Source of the DNA: Candidatus Krumholzibacteriia bacterium | Lineage (GTDB): Bacteria; Krumholzibacteriota; Krumholzibacteriia; LZORAL124-64-63 | Assembly (NCBI GenBank): GCA_050174015.1 | Contig: JBFXKG010000006.1 | Location: forward strand, 96,001 to 160,000 | Length of the DNA: 64,000 nucleotides | Direction: 5' to 3' | In this document: piece by piece, positions 52,595 to 61,623 of the stretch | Position numbering within the stretch: position 1 is the first letter of the stretch | How the letters are laid out: each line of letters starts with the position of its first letter | Program-made: the position numbers and the translations under genes | The notes under the pieces: model-generated | The model's database searches: none | Told to the model about the DNA's origin: nothing | The model's input: the letters and a program-made list of their open reading frames with translations, nothing else

Positions 52595-53350
52595 ATGAGC
52601 ACTCCGAGACAACCCACGGCCATCATCGTGGCCGATTCCCACTTCCACCTGGAACCCGATCCCGCCGAACAGGAAAGGCTGGACCGCTTCCTGCGCCTGC
52701 TGGCCTGCGCCCACCGGGCGGACCACCTGGTCCTGCTCGGGGACATCTTCGACTTCTGGTTCGATTACCCCCACTTCCGCCTGAAGGGGTACGACCCCCT
52801 GCTGGAGGCCCTGGACCTGGTCCGGGACGCGGGGTGCCGGATCCACTTCGTCGGAGGCAACCACGACATCTGGGCGGCGGACTACCTCCACCGGAGGTAC
52901 GGCAGCGAGCCCGACGGGCAGCCGCTGACCCTGCGGCTCGGCGACCTGCGCCTCAGATGCGAGCACGGCGACGGACTGCTCAGCCACGACTGGCTGTACG
53001 ACACCTTCCGGTCCATCGTCCGCAACCGGGCCGGCATCCTCCTCGCCAAGTCCCTGCACCCGGAGATCCTGTTCGCCCTGAGCACCTGGCTGAGCGGCCG
53101 CAGCCGTTCGGCCACCCGCGACGAGGCCGCCGAAATCGAGGCCAAGGCCGCCGTCTGGCTGGCCAAGCAGCGCGACCCCGACTGGGACGTGATGCTCATC
53201 GGCCATGTCCATCATCGGTTCGAAACGGAGACGGCCAGCCGCAAGCTGGCCGCCCTGGCCGGATGGTTCGGCCGCCTGGACTACGGTCTGGTCCGGGACG
53301 GCCGGTTCGAGATCCGCGATTTCGCGGAGGAGACCCTGCCGGAATTCTGA
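52595..53350 (+). CDS. lpxH: UDP-2,3-diacylglucosamine diphosphatase (LpxH family metallophosphoesterase)
   Basis: ADSH, LLGDIFDFW, GNHD, EHGD, GHVH. Confidence 0.88.
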   Translation: MSTPRQPTAIIVADSHFHLEPDPAEQERLDRFLRLLACAHRADHLVLLGDIFDFWFDYPHFRLKGYDPLLEALDLVRDAGCRIHFVGGNHDIWAADYLHRRYGSEPDGQPLTLRLGDLRLRCEHGDGLLSHDWLYDTFRSIVRNRAGILLAKSLHPEILFALSTWLSGRSRSATRDEAAEIEAKAAVWLAKQRDPDWDVMLIGHVHHRFETETASRKLAALAGWFGRLDYGLVRDGRFEIRDFAEETLPEF

Positions 53351-53354
53351 CCCC

Positions 53355-54290
53355 CTACCAGACCAGGTTCAGGGAGATCTTGTGCCCGTCGTCGAAGCCT
53401 TCCTCGGTCATGTCCGAGAAGGCGTAATCCAGGCGCAGCCTGCCGACCAGGAAACCCACCCCGGCGGTCAGGCCCTGGGAATCGTAGTTGACCCGGGTCC
53501 CCGCCCGCAGGGCCAGCTCCGGCAGCAGCCGCAGTTCGGCGCCAACGTGGGCCTTCTCGTTGGTGTCGCGGGGCATGAGGATGTCCCCCGTCACCGTCAG
53601 CTTGCCCTGCAGGAAGGCGCTCGCCGGCGTGTAGGCCGCGCCCAGGCGCGCCGCCGTCGGCAGGTCGAAGGCCTCGTCCTTCAGGTTCATCTGCCCGCCC
53701 AGGTTCGTGGCCGAAGCGGCGAACACCAGGCCCTCGATGAGCGTCTTGTGGGTGATGAAGAAGTCGAACGCGAAGCCCGTGTCGGAGTAGAAGTCGATCT
53801 TCTCGTAGACCATCTTCACGCCCACGCCGGCGGCGAAGCTGTCGCCCAGGGGATGGGCGTAGTTCAGCCCGAAGGCGACGTCGTAGGGTTCGAAGGTGCC
53901 CTCGAAGACGTTCGTCCCCGATTCGAGGGTGTGGCGGTCGATCTCGTCGGAGTAGAACCCCATGAAGGAGAATCCCAGGACACCCCGCCCGATGCGGTGG
54001 GCCACCGCCGCCGCCTCGTGGCTGAACAGGCCGAGGTAGCGGTTGTGCTGCAGGGTCAGTTCCGTCCGGAAGTCGGCGAAGACGTTGTTCGCGGGGTTCC
54101 AGAAGACGGCCGTGGCGCCGCTGCTGGTGGCCACCCCGGCCTCGCCCATCCCGGCCTCGCGGGCGCCGACGCCCATCCGCAGGGACAGCAGGCCGGCCTC
54201 GCCGGGATTGCCGGCCCGGGCCGGTCCGCACACCCCGGCCATCAGGGCCGCAGCCAGAATGAAAGAAGCCGTCACGTGCTTGCGAATCAT
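53355..54290 (-). CDS. PorV/PorQ family outer-membrane protein (T9SS shuttle-like)
   Basis: Signal peptide; L..GVGAREAGMGEA, FWNPA, NLG, LP...RLG; start MIRKHV at 54290. Confidence 0.88.
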   Translation of the reverse strand: MIRKHVTASFILAAALMAGVCGPARAGNPGEAGLLSLRMGVGAREAGMGEAGVATSSGATAVFWNPANNVFADFRTELTLQHNRYLGLFSHEAAAVAHRIGRGVLGFSFMGFYSDEIDRHTLESGTNVFEGTFEPYDVAFGLNYAHPLGDSFAAGVGVKMVYEKIDFYSDTGFAFDFFITHKTLIEGLVFAASATNLGGQMNLKDEAFDLPTAARLGAAYTPASAFLQGKLTVTGDILMPRDTNEKAHVGAELRLLPELALRAGTRVNYDSQGLTAGVGFLVGRLRLDYAFSDMTEEGFDDGHKISLNLVW

Positions 54291-54325
54291 GGGTTCCCTT
54301 TCCTCTCCTGCCGGTTCCGGCCGCC

Positions 54326-57300
54326 TCAGCGGACCACCGCGAACGTCGTCACACTGTAATCCATTTCCCCGCCGGTATCGACCTCGAGCCTGCAGAGATA
54401 CATGCCCGTCACCACGCCGTCCAGCCCCAATTCCAGCGTGAAGGGATCGCCGTACGAGACCTCCCGCCAGCCGGTGGACGCCACCCGCTCCCCTTCGACG
54501 GTATAGACGGACGCCCGGGCCTTCCCGGGAGAGCGCAGCAGACCCCGGACGAACAGGGGACCCCCGTGGAGGGGATTGGGCGTGACCAGGTGGCTTCCCG
54601 AGACCAGCCCCGCCCCCGGCGCCGGAGGCGGCAAGGTGTTCAAGTCGGCCGCGTCGTAGGCGCCGTTGCGCCAGATGTTCCCGCCATCCATGGGCCAGAC
54701 CGGATCGGGTTCCGCCACGTCGCTCCAGACCATCACCGTGGACACCGGGATCCCGTCCAGGCGCCCCTCGGCGAGATCGAGGCCGGTGATGCGGTCGAAG
54801 GTCCCGATCGCCACCAGGTCCAGGGCTTCCTCCCCGCCGAGGTCTCCCAGGGCAGGAGTGCCGGCGCAGTTCCCCGGCCCGGCCAGGGGCCAGCCGGGGA
54901 TCTCCTCGCCCATGGTCCCGCGCGCCATGATGCGGCCATCCTCCAGCGGGAAGATGGTCTGGTGCAGGGGCAGATCCGTACCGACCAGGCGGCAGACCAG
55001 GGGTCCGCCGGGGTGGGGGTTGTCCCCCGCGCCGCCGCTCGCGCGGGGCCAGCCGTCCTGCCAGTCGCCGAAGTGGCCCACGCGTCCCAGGAAGTCGGGG
55101 CCCAGGAATGCGCCGCCGGGTGCGAGGGGCGACGAGACCGCGACGCGGTCGGACCAGCGGATGGGTTCCCGCAACGGGTTCCCCATCCCATCCACGAAGA
55201 GGGTCTGTCCGGCCCCGGATTCGCCGGGAACCATGAGGGTCAGAGTGGGATCCCCGGGATCGTCCCCCAGGCTGCCCGCCAGGACGGGGCCGGCCCCGGG
55301 CCGGATCCCCAGCGGGAGGGTGACGTGCAGCGGAGGTTCGCCCTGGACGAGGACGTCGGGGCCCCAGATCTCCAGCCGGTGCTCGTCCTGACCGGAGGTG
55401 TCCCCGCAGGCGAGGAAGAAAACACCCTCCGCTCCCATGACCGGCCGTGACGCCGGGAGGCGCCCGTCCCCCTCCACCTGCTGGAAGCCGGGAACGCCGA
55501 CGGCGTACCTCCGCAGGGAATAACCGCCGGCCTCGACAACCACGATCATGTCGACGGGCTGAACCACCGCAGGGAGGTAGGATGAGCCCAGGCCCGGATC
55601 CAGGACGACCGGCAGCCGGCACACCCCCGGGAGTTCCCGCAGGAGGCCGAAGCTGCCGCCGGTGTCGTCACTGACGGGAGTGCCATCGGCGTTGAAGGCG
55701 TAGATTCCCTGGCGGGCGGTGATGACGATCTCGGGTTCCCCGTCCGCATCGATGTCGCCCATGGCCGCCGGCGGGTTCCACCGGACGGGTTCCCCTGCCC
55801 AGGTTCCCACGGCGAAGGGTTCGAACGTTTCCGGAACACCATCGTGATCGAGGTACTCGTCGAGATCCCCGTCCAGGACGAAGATCTCGCCGTCCGCACC
55901 GGTGAGGACGATCTCGTCCGGAGTGCCGCCGCCGTCGAGGTCGCCCGTCAGCACGTGCCCCCCGCGCAGGTCGATCCCGTCGGGCAGGGTGCGGCGGGCG
56001 CCGAGCACCGGCCCTTCGCCGCCGGCTGCGGAGGTCATGACGGTGAAGCCCACCCGGTCGGCATAGGTCTTGCCCCAGAGGGTGTCCGCGCCGTCCACGT
56101 AAAGGATGTACCCGCGATCGCTCATCAGGACGTCGCTGAAATCCAGGAAGTGGATGCCGGTGGCCGCCCCGGAGGCGGTCCCGGTGTCAGGCCGCGTGAA
56201 GGGGGTGAAATCCGCAGCCCCCTCGCCCCGGAAGCTGTCGTCGTCCCCGCCGAGGATGTACTCCGAAGGATTGCCCGAATCCAGATCCTGGATGCCATCT
56301 GCCTCCTCCAGATCGACCGCCTTGTGCGCGGGATCGGCGTTGTAGAGGTTCGGACCGCCGAAGACGTCCCGGATGACGCCCTCGTCCACGTGCCAGATGT
56401 AGACCCCGCTGCCGGCTCCCTTGACCCCCTCCTCGCGCGCGGAGTTCTCGCTCATGAAGAAATCCCACTCGGCGCCGGTCAGGGCCTCGACGCTGTCCTC
56501 GGAGGCGTCGAAGAAACCCACCGGGAAGTGGTGGGGCGGATTGCTGGCGTCCCAGAAGTTGGGGATGCCGTCGCCGTTCTTGTCGTCGGCGAAGGAGAAG
56601 ATCCCGTTGCCGTCGGGATCCTGGAGGCGGTATTCCAGGAGCCAGTACTCCTGGCCGTTCACGTCGACGCGGGCGCACGCCAGCGGATCGGCAGGATTTC
56701 CGGCCGGAGCGAGTTCATGGGTGGCGTAGACCCCCGGATCGACCTCGAAGGGATCCAGCCAGCCCATGAGCATCTTGTTGAAGGCGATGGGTTGGGGAGG
56801 GATCCAGCCCAGGCCGACGAACAGCCCGTACCCCATCAGGCCGAACTCCCCGATGCCCTGGCTGTCGGGCCGGCCGGCGGGGGTGAAGTCGCTCAGGGAA
56901 AGCATGCCCAGGCGCAGTCCCACCTCGAAACAGTAGACTCCCAGGCTGCCGAAGAAGCCCCCGTAGCCGCCGACGGGATCCTGGTACTCCGTCTCGGGCA
57001 GGATGAGGACGTGGTCGAGTCCGCGCTCGCCCCCGAAATCCCCGCCGGCCAGGAAGGGCTGCTCAAGCAGGCCGTCCTCGACCGCACTCCGGAAGTCGTC
57101 CGGATCGAGGTAGGTGCTGTAGATCTGCTCGGGGCTGTCGCCCAGGATGTCGGTCTCCTCCCCCGCGCCCGCGTGGATCAGGATGACCGTGTCGTAGGGG
57201 CTGAAATCGATGTCCCCGTCGAGCGCCGACACGACCTCGGACACCAGCAGGAAGGGCTGTTCCCCCTCGGTGGGGTGGTCGCCGTAGAACGCCATGCCCC

Positions 57301-57766
57301 GAGGCAGATTCACGGGGTGGGACCAGATCGTGAAGTCGAAGGTGAAGCGGCCGCCGCTGACCGCACCATAATAGCGGGCGACGTCGCCGAGAAGGTTGTG
57401 GAAGTAGAGGGAGTCGTGGGCGGCGTAGTAGATCTCGCTCTGGCGAGGCTCGGGAAAGTCCCCTTCCACCAGGCCGTACCGCCCCAGCAACAGGCTGTCG
57501 GAGAAGTCGCACATCAGGACGATGGCGTGGATCGCGTCGGGAGCCTTTTCGCCCGCCAGCCGGCGGGATGCCGGTCCGCCGACCTGATCCCGCAGGGGCC
57601 CGGAGGATTCCAGCAGGGCCTCGTACACGGGAGCGGGCAGGGTCGGGTCCTTCACGAGGGGATGGCCGGGGGGCGCCCCGGGGGCGGCCGCCGCCAGGAC
57701 CGCCGGCAGGAAAAGGCCGAACACCAGGATGGCGCCGAGGGGAATGCGGTTGGAGGGAGCCGGCAT
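54326..57766 (-). CDS. M6 (immune inhibitor A)-like peptidase homologue with FG-GAP repeats and T9SS-type C-terminal domain; zinc ligands absent
   Basis: ILIHAGAGEE, FGLMGYG Met-turn, KMLMGW, EYWLLEYR, IWHVDE, LEEADG; GDLDG/GDIDADG repeats; PNP...TGMYL. Confidence 0.85.
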   Translation of the reverse strand: MPAPSNRIPLGAILVFGLFLPAVLAAAAPGAPPGHPLVKDPTLPAPVYEALLESSGPLRDQVGGPASRRLAGEKAPDAIHAIVLMCDFSDSLLLGRYGLVEGDFPEPRQSEIYYAAHDSLYFHNLLGDVARYYGAVSGGRFTFDFTIWSHPVNLPRGMAFYGDHPTEGEQPFLLVSEVVSALDGDIDFSPYDTVILIHAGAGEETDILGDSPEQIYSTYLDPDDFRSAVEDGLLEQPFLAGGDFGGERGLDHVLILPETEYQDPVGGYGGFFGSLGVYCFEVGLRLGMLSLSDFTPAGRPDSQGIGEFGLMGYGLFVGLGWIPPQPIAFNKMLMGWLDPFEVDPGVYATHELAPAGNPADPLACARVDVNGQEYWLLEYRLQDPDGNGIFSFADDKNGDGIPNFWDASNPPHHFPVGFFDASEDSVEALTGAEWDFFMSENSAREEGVKGAGSGVYIWHVDEGVIRDVFGGPNLYNADPAHKAVDLEEADGIQDLDSGNPSEYILGGDDDSFRGEGAADFTPFTRPDTGTASGAATGIHFLDFSDVLMSDRGYILYVDGADTLWGKTYADRVGFTVMTSAAGGEGPVLGARRTLPDGIDLRGGHVLTGDLDGGGTPDEIVLTGADGEIFVLDGDLDEYLDHDGVPETFEPFAVGTWAGEPVRWNPPAAMGDIDADGEPEIVITARQGIYAFNADGTPVSDDTGGSFGLLRELPGVCRLPVVLDPGLGSSYLPAVVQPVDMIVVVEAGGYSLRRYAVGVPGFQQVEGDGRLPASRPVMGAEGVFFLACGDTSGQDEHRLEIWGPDVLVQGEPPLHVTLPLGIRPGAGPVLAGSLGDDPGDPTLTLMVPGESGAGQTLFVDGMGNPLREPIRWSDRVAVSSPLAPGGAFLGPDFLGRVGHFGDWQDGWPRASGGAGDNPHPGGPLVCRLVGTDLPLHQTIFPLEDGRIMARGTMGEEIPGWPLAGPGNCAGTPALGDLGGEEALDLVAIGTFDRITGLDLAEGRLDGIPVSTVMVWSDVAEPDPVWPMDGGNIWRNGAYDAADLNTLPPPAPGAGLVSGSHLVTPNPLHGGPLFVRGLLRSPGKARASVYTVEGERVASTGWREVSYGDPFTLELGLDGVVTGMYLCRLEVDTGGEMDYSVTTFAVVR

Positions 57767-57836
57767 GGATCCAGGGCCTTTCGGAACGCCCCCAGGGCGT
57801 GATCACGATGTCTCTTCGGGTGTCCGCTGAGCCGGC

Positions 57837-57865
57837 ATTATAGAAACCCGTTACCCTCCGGTCAA
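57837..57865 (-). promoter_or_regulatory. Sigma70 promoter TTGACC-N17-TATAAT for the M6-like/porV operon
   Basis: Perfect -10, 5/6 match at -35, 17-bp spacer. Confidence 0.7.
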
Positions 57866-57908
57866 TTGCTGGTAGCGGGGAATCCGGCCTGCGGGTTGCG
57901 GTTCGTGG

Positions 57909-58117
57909 AAAAAAAAGAGAGCCCAACGCGGTACCTGTCACCCCTGATCGACATTCCCTCGCCGGGCTCTCTCCCATGTGTCGGTGTCCCCGTCCTGTCG
58001 GGTCGTCATCCTTCCCGATTGGCTGCCAACCTTTCCGAGAATCCGATGGCTCTCCGGCCGACGGGTGATGGGGGGAAACCACCAACACAAAGCCTGTCAC
58101 CGTCCGGGCGGTCCCCC
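57909..58117 (-). ncRNA. Candidate structured RNA or long structured 3' UTR with branched terminator
   Basis: Helix 57977-57986/58080-58089 closes a rod; GAGAGCCC/GGGCTCTC helix (57917-57924/57964-57971) is followed by T8. Confidence 0.45.
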
Positions 58118-59911
58118 TCAGGGGGAACGCTGCCTACCCCCCGAGGAATCGCTGGAGCGGCTGCCGCTCCGGCCGGACCCTGAACCCCCGCCGCTGCGGG
58201 ATCCTCCGCCCGATCCGCCGCTGCGGGAGGAGCCGCTGCTCGAATCGCCGCTGCGGGACCGGCTGCTGTCCATCTTGGGCGTGCTGGATCCCCGGTCCTT
58301 CGTCCGGCTCGAGGAATCGCTGCGCGGCTTGACCACCGGCCTGTCCCCGCCCCGGTCCTGGCGGGGCTGGACCCGGGGCTCGGATCGGCTGCCCGAATCC
58401 TGTCGGCGGGGGGCGACCTGGGGAGACCGGGTCCCGCGATCGGTGGATCCGGGGCTGGAGTTCCAGATCCGGGTTCCCTTCTTGCGCGGTTCCACCGGCT
58501 TGATGGTCCGGTCGCCCGGCTGGGCGGGCTGGGCCGGCTTGGTTGTCCGATCCACCCCGGGAGCGACCCGGGCGCCGCCCGCGCCGTCCGGCGTGCGGGT
58601 GCGCGTCACGGGCGAAAGGGCCGGTTTCTCGCCGTCTCCGGCGGCCCGGTGGCGGTAGTCCTCGCGGGTCCGGGGAGCGTCCACGCCGGCGGGCTTGTTC
58701 GGCTCCCTGATGCGAAGTCCGGCCGCAGATCCGTCCCGGGAGGACGTCTCGATCACGGGCCGCGTCCGGGCCGCGGGATCCTGTCCCACGAAGGAGCCTG
58801 CCACCCGACTGCCGCCGGTGGGGTCGGCGCCCCGGGTCCGCTGGACGTCGGTGGGACGCAGAGGAGTCCGGGTCCTCATGGCTTGCCGCTGATCTTCTCC
58901 CGGCCCTTCGGCGCCCACCAGGGGTGTCGCCCGGGCGTATTCACGGGTCTTGCGCGCGGTGCGGTCGCCGTCGTACGGGGTCAGCGGACGGTAGCGGTGC
59001 CGGCCTCCGTCGTGCCCGTAGTAGACGTCGCCCCAGTAGTAGGGGGAGTCGCTCCAGGCCCAGCAGGTGGAATGCCAGGAGTACCCGTAGTAGGGTCCGC
59101 AGGTGTAGTGGGGCCAGTACCAGAAGTTCACCCAGGGACGGTAGGTCCAGGGATCGACGTACACGTAGACGGGCTGGTAGTAGACCGGGTAGTAGCCGTG
59201 GTGATCGTACCAGTTGTTGCCCCAGCCGTAATCGTACGTGATCTCCAGGGTGCAGCGGTCATCATAGGGGTCGTAGACGACCTCGTCGTCCAGGTGGCAC
59301 TGGTTGCACAGGTATCGGGGATGGTCGACCTTCCGGTGGACGTAGTAACCCGCGTAGTTGGTCACCACGTAGTCCTCGGAATCCTCCAGACCGGTGACCG
59401 CGTAGTTGACCTCGTTCATGGCCAGGAAGGGATCGCCGGCGACGTAGAAGTCGAACCGACCGTCCCTGGCCTCGTGGTGGAAGTCGATCTCCAGCGCCCG
59501 CAGATCGAAAGGATACCGCGACGCCAGGACCTGGACGAAACCCTCGCCCTCGACGTTGCCGGCGAAGATCTGCGCGGCCCCGCCCACCGGCAGCTTGTAC
59601 TCGTGACCCGCGAAGACGAAACCGTCGTCCAGGCGGGACCGGGGCCAGAGCACGGTCACGGCGCCTTCGGTGTCGATGCGGTAGACGACGGCGTAGGCGT
59701 CCTCGTTGACCTGGAAGCCGACGGTCAACCGGTCGCCGCGCTGGTAGACCTCGTCGGGGCCCTTGTCCAGCCACACGGCGGCCCGCAGGCCGACCTGGTC
59801 GAAATCGAACCCCTTGCCCCCCGCGTCCTGAGCCGTCGCCGGCGCCGCCGCCAGCAGCGCCAGGGCCAGGGCCAGGGCTGCCGGGGCTGCTTTGTTCGTC
59901 AGTGTCTTCAT
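58118..59911 (-). CDS. Exported DUF4384-domain protein with CxxCH motif, Tyr/Trp-rich region and Arg/Ser/Gly-rich disordered tail
   Basis: Signal peptide; VWLDK...YQRGD...DAY..VY.IDTEG.V.VLWP; CNQCH. Confidence 0.82.
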   Translation of the reverse strand: MKTLTNKAAPAALALALALLAAAPATAQDAGGKGFDFDQVGLRAAVWLDKGPDEVYQRGDRLTVGFQVNEDAYAVVYRIDTEGAVTVLWPRSRLDDGFVFAGHEYKLPVGGAAQIFAGNVEGEGFVQVLASRYPFDLRALEIDFHHEARDGRFDFYVAGDPFLAMNEVNYAVTGLEDSEDYVVTNYAGYYVHRKVDHPRYLCNQCHLDDEVVYDPYDDRCTLEITYDYGWGNNWYDHHGYYPVYYQPVYVYVDPWTYRPWVNFWYWPHYTCGPYYGYSWHSTCWAWSDSPYYWGDVYYGHDGGRHRYRPLTPYDGDRTARKTREYARATPLVGAEGPGEDQRQAMRTRTPLRPTDVQRTRGADPTGGSRVAGSFVGQDPAARTRPVIETSSRDGSAAGLRIREPNKPAGVDAPRTREDYRHRAAGDGEKPALSPVTRTRTPDGAGGARVAPGVDRTTKPAQPAQPGDRTIKPVEPRKKGTRIWNSSPGSTDRGTRSPQVAPRRQDSGSRSEPRVQPRQDRGGDRPVVKPRSDSSSRTKDRGSSTPKMDSSRSRSGDSSSGSSRSGGSGGGSRSGGGSGSGRSGSRSSDSSGGRQRSP

Positions 59912-59936
59912 GGCTCTTCTCTCCTGTCCAAGGCGC

Positions 59937-60989
59937 CTAGAGGCGGATCATGCCGGGCTTGAGGGACGCCTGGACCGGCACCTCGGGCGCCTTGAGTTCG
60001 GGCAGGTTCGGAATCAGCTGGTAGGCCCAGAAGATCTTCACGTACTGGGTCGCAGCGACGTCCACCACGCCGAGCTTGGCGTAGTGGAGGCTCTGGGTGG
60101 CCGGATCGTAGATCTCGACCACGTAGATGTGGTCCAGCGTCAGTTCCATGCGGCCGGTGTGGGAATACCCCTCGGCCGGGGCCCAGGACACCCGCTCCCA
60201 CCAGTACAGTCCGGCCGGCCCCTGGGGATTGCCGGCATCCTGGATCAGGACGTTGGGCGAGGTGGTCTCGATCATGGGGACGGTCCCCTCGAAGAACACC
60301 CGGATGTCGGCGGTGGAGGCCGGAAGGTTGGGATCGACGCGCCCGGCGTACTGATCGCCGGGGAACTGGGCCGCGCGGCTGAAGTCGAAACCGCCCAGGG
60401 CGGTGTAGGACCCGTTGATCGAATCGAAGATCTCCACCGCGTCGTCGTCGACTCCCTGGGGCAGGGGCGCGTCCGCGACGAACTCGAAACTCAGCGCGCT
60501 CTCCATGCCTGCGGCGTTCACCGCGGAAACGGCGTACTCGTACTGGCTGCCGTTCAAGGCGTCCTCGTCGTAGAACCAGTGCAGGCCGGTGGTGGGATCG
60601 AAGTTCTCGTCCCAGGCCACCTCCCCCCAGAGGGTGAAGGTGCGGTCGGGGTCGTACTGGTCGCCCTCGGTGAAGTCCCGGGAATAGATGAGATACTTGA
60701 CGACGTTGTCGTTGTAACGGCCGTCATAGGGCGAATAGGCGATGTCGTACCACTGGACGATGACGTAGTTGTCACCGCTGATGCTGTGGACGCCCGTGGG
60801 AACCACCGGAGGCTGGAGCTGGATGCAGTTGACGCAATCCTCGTCGTTGCATCCCGTGGCGGCCGCCAGGGCGACGAGCAGCCCGAGGAGGAGAGCGACC
60901 TTGGCGCCATCGGCTCCCCGACGGCAGACAGGGTTCCTCCCGCTCCGCCGGAAGCCGAATGTCCGTCCTTCTTCTGCTCTGCTGATCAT
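59937..60989 (-). CDS. Hypothetical lipoprotein with FN3-like domain
   Basis: AGGAGG RBS before MISRAE; lipobox ATGC; NGSQYEYAVSAVNAAGMESALS. Confidence 0.8.
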   Translation of the reverse strand: MISRAEEGRTFGFRRSGRNPVCRRGADGAKVALLLGLLVALAAATGCNDEDCVNCIQLQPPVVPTGVHSISGDNYVIVQWYDIAYSPYDGRYNDNVVKYLIYSRDFTEGDQYDPDRTFTLWGEVAWDENFDPTTGLHWFYDEDALNGSQYEYAVSAVNAAGMESALSFEFVADAPLPQGVDDDAVEIFDSINGSYTALGGFDFSRAAQFPGDQYAGRVDPNLPASTADIRVFFEGTVPMIETTSPNVLIQDAGNPQGPAGLYWWERVSWAPAEGYSHTGRMELTLDHIYVVEIYDPATQSLHYAKLGVVDVAATQYVKIFWAYQLIPNLPELKAPEVPVQASLKPGMIRL

Positions 60990-61034
60990 GCCCAACCTCC
61001 TGTGCGCATTCCCTGGGGGGATCACCCCTCCCTA

Positions 61035-61051
61035 CGCAGGGTCCGTGCCAG
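61035..61051 (-). promoter_or_regulatory. Sigma54 (-24/-12) promoter for the lipoprotein-DUF4384 operon
   Basis: CTGGCACG-GACC-CTGCG, exact GG-N10-GC, about 45 bp upstream of the start codon. Confidence 0.7.
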
Positions 61052-61287
61052 CCTCAAGGATCTCGGATTCAGCGGGGACCACCGTTCCCGTTCGGGGAAC
61101 ACGGTCGCCGTCCCTCACGCCAAGCCCATTGAAAAAAAAGAGTTAAGCAAACGACCGGCCATCTTTCCGGAAGGTCCGGGCAGGGTCCCGGGAAAGGACG
61201 GGCTCAGGCAGGGAGCGCGCGGTCAGGGGAGAGGAGGGAATTTGGAGGACAATTTCCCCAAAAGGGGACGGCGGGGGAACGGAAGTG

Positions 61288-61359
61288 AAAAAAGAAAAGA
61301 GCCCCACCTTTCGGTGACCCGATCTTGAATCTCGCCTTTTCAAGATCGGTTGGGCTCTT
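61288..61359 (-). terminator. Branched intrinsic terminator
   Basis: AAGAGCCC/GGGCTCTT helix enclosing two hairpins, followed by TTCTTTTTT. Confidence 0.7.
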
Positions 61360-61613
61360 GTCCTGGGATCCGGTGACCGGATCCATCAACTCTTCTGACC
61401 CGTGTTTCGGGAGGGACGTCCTGGATTCTCTCTCGTCGGCAGAGACGAGTTGCTCAGACCCCACCTCTTCGCAAACATCCCGCCGGCACTTCTTGTTGAG
61501 AATCCCTCCGTTGCCGGTAAGCAGTGGAGGGTTGGGACGCCGACCTCCCGAAAACACGATTTTTCCGTTGCGTCAAACTCTTCAAAGAGGATCCCTGTTA
61601 GCTCACCCCTTCT
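61288..61613 (-). ncRNA. Candidate sigma54-dependent structured small RNA (about 325 nt)
   Basis: Bounded by a -24/-12 promoter and a terminator; several nested helices; no credible contained ORF. Confidence 0.6.
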
Positions 61614-61623
61614 GGCCTACTAC

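Noticed and set aside
58015..58045. GGAAAGGTTGGCAGCC resembles the SRP 4.5S RNA core
   Set aside because: It lacks the conserved CAGG partner strand and correct spacing of SRP domain IV
61204..61557. 117-aa ORF overlapping the candidate sRNA
   Set aside because: No clear RBS, runs through the terminator U-tract and has no protein-like features; a small peptide cannot be fully excluded without ribosome profiling
61288..61613. Identity as tmRNA, RNase P RNA or 6S RNA
   Set aside because: No tRNA-like T-arm or CCA end, no GAGGAAAGTCC motif, and the fold is branched, not a simple rod with a central bubble
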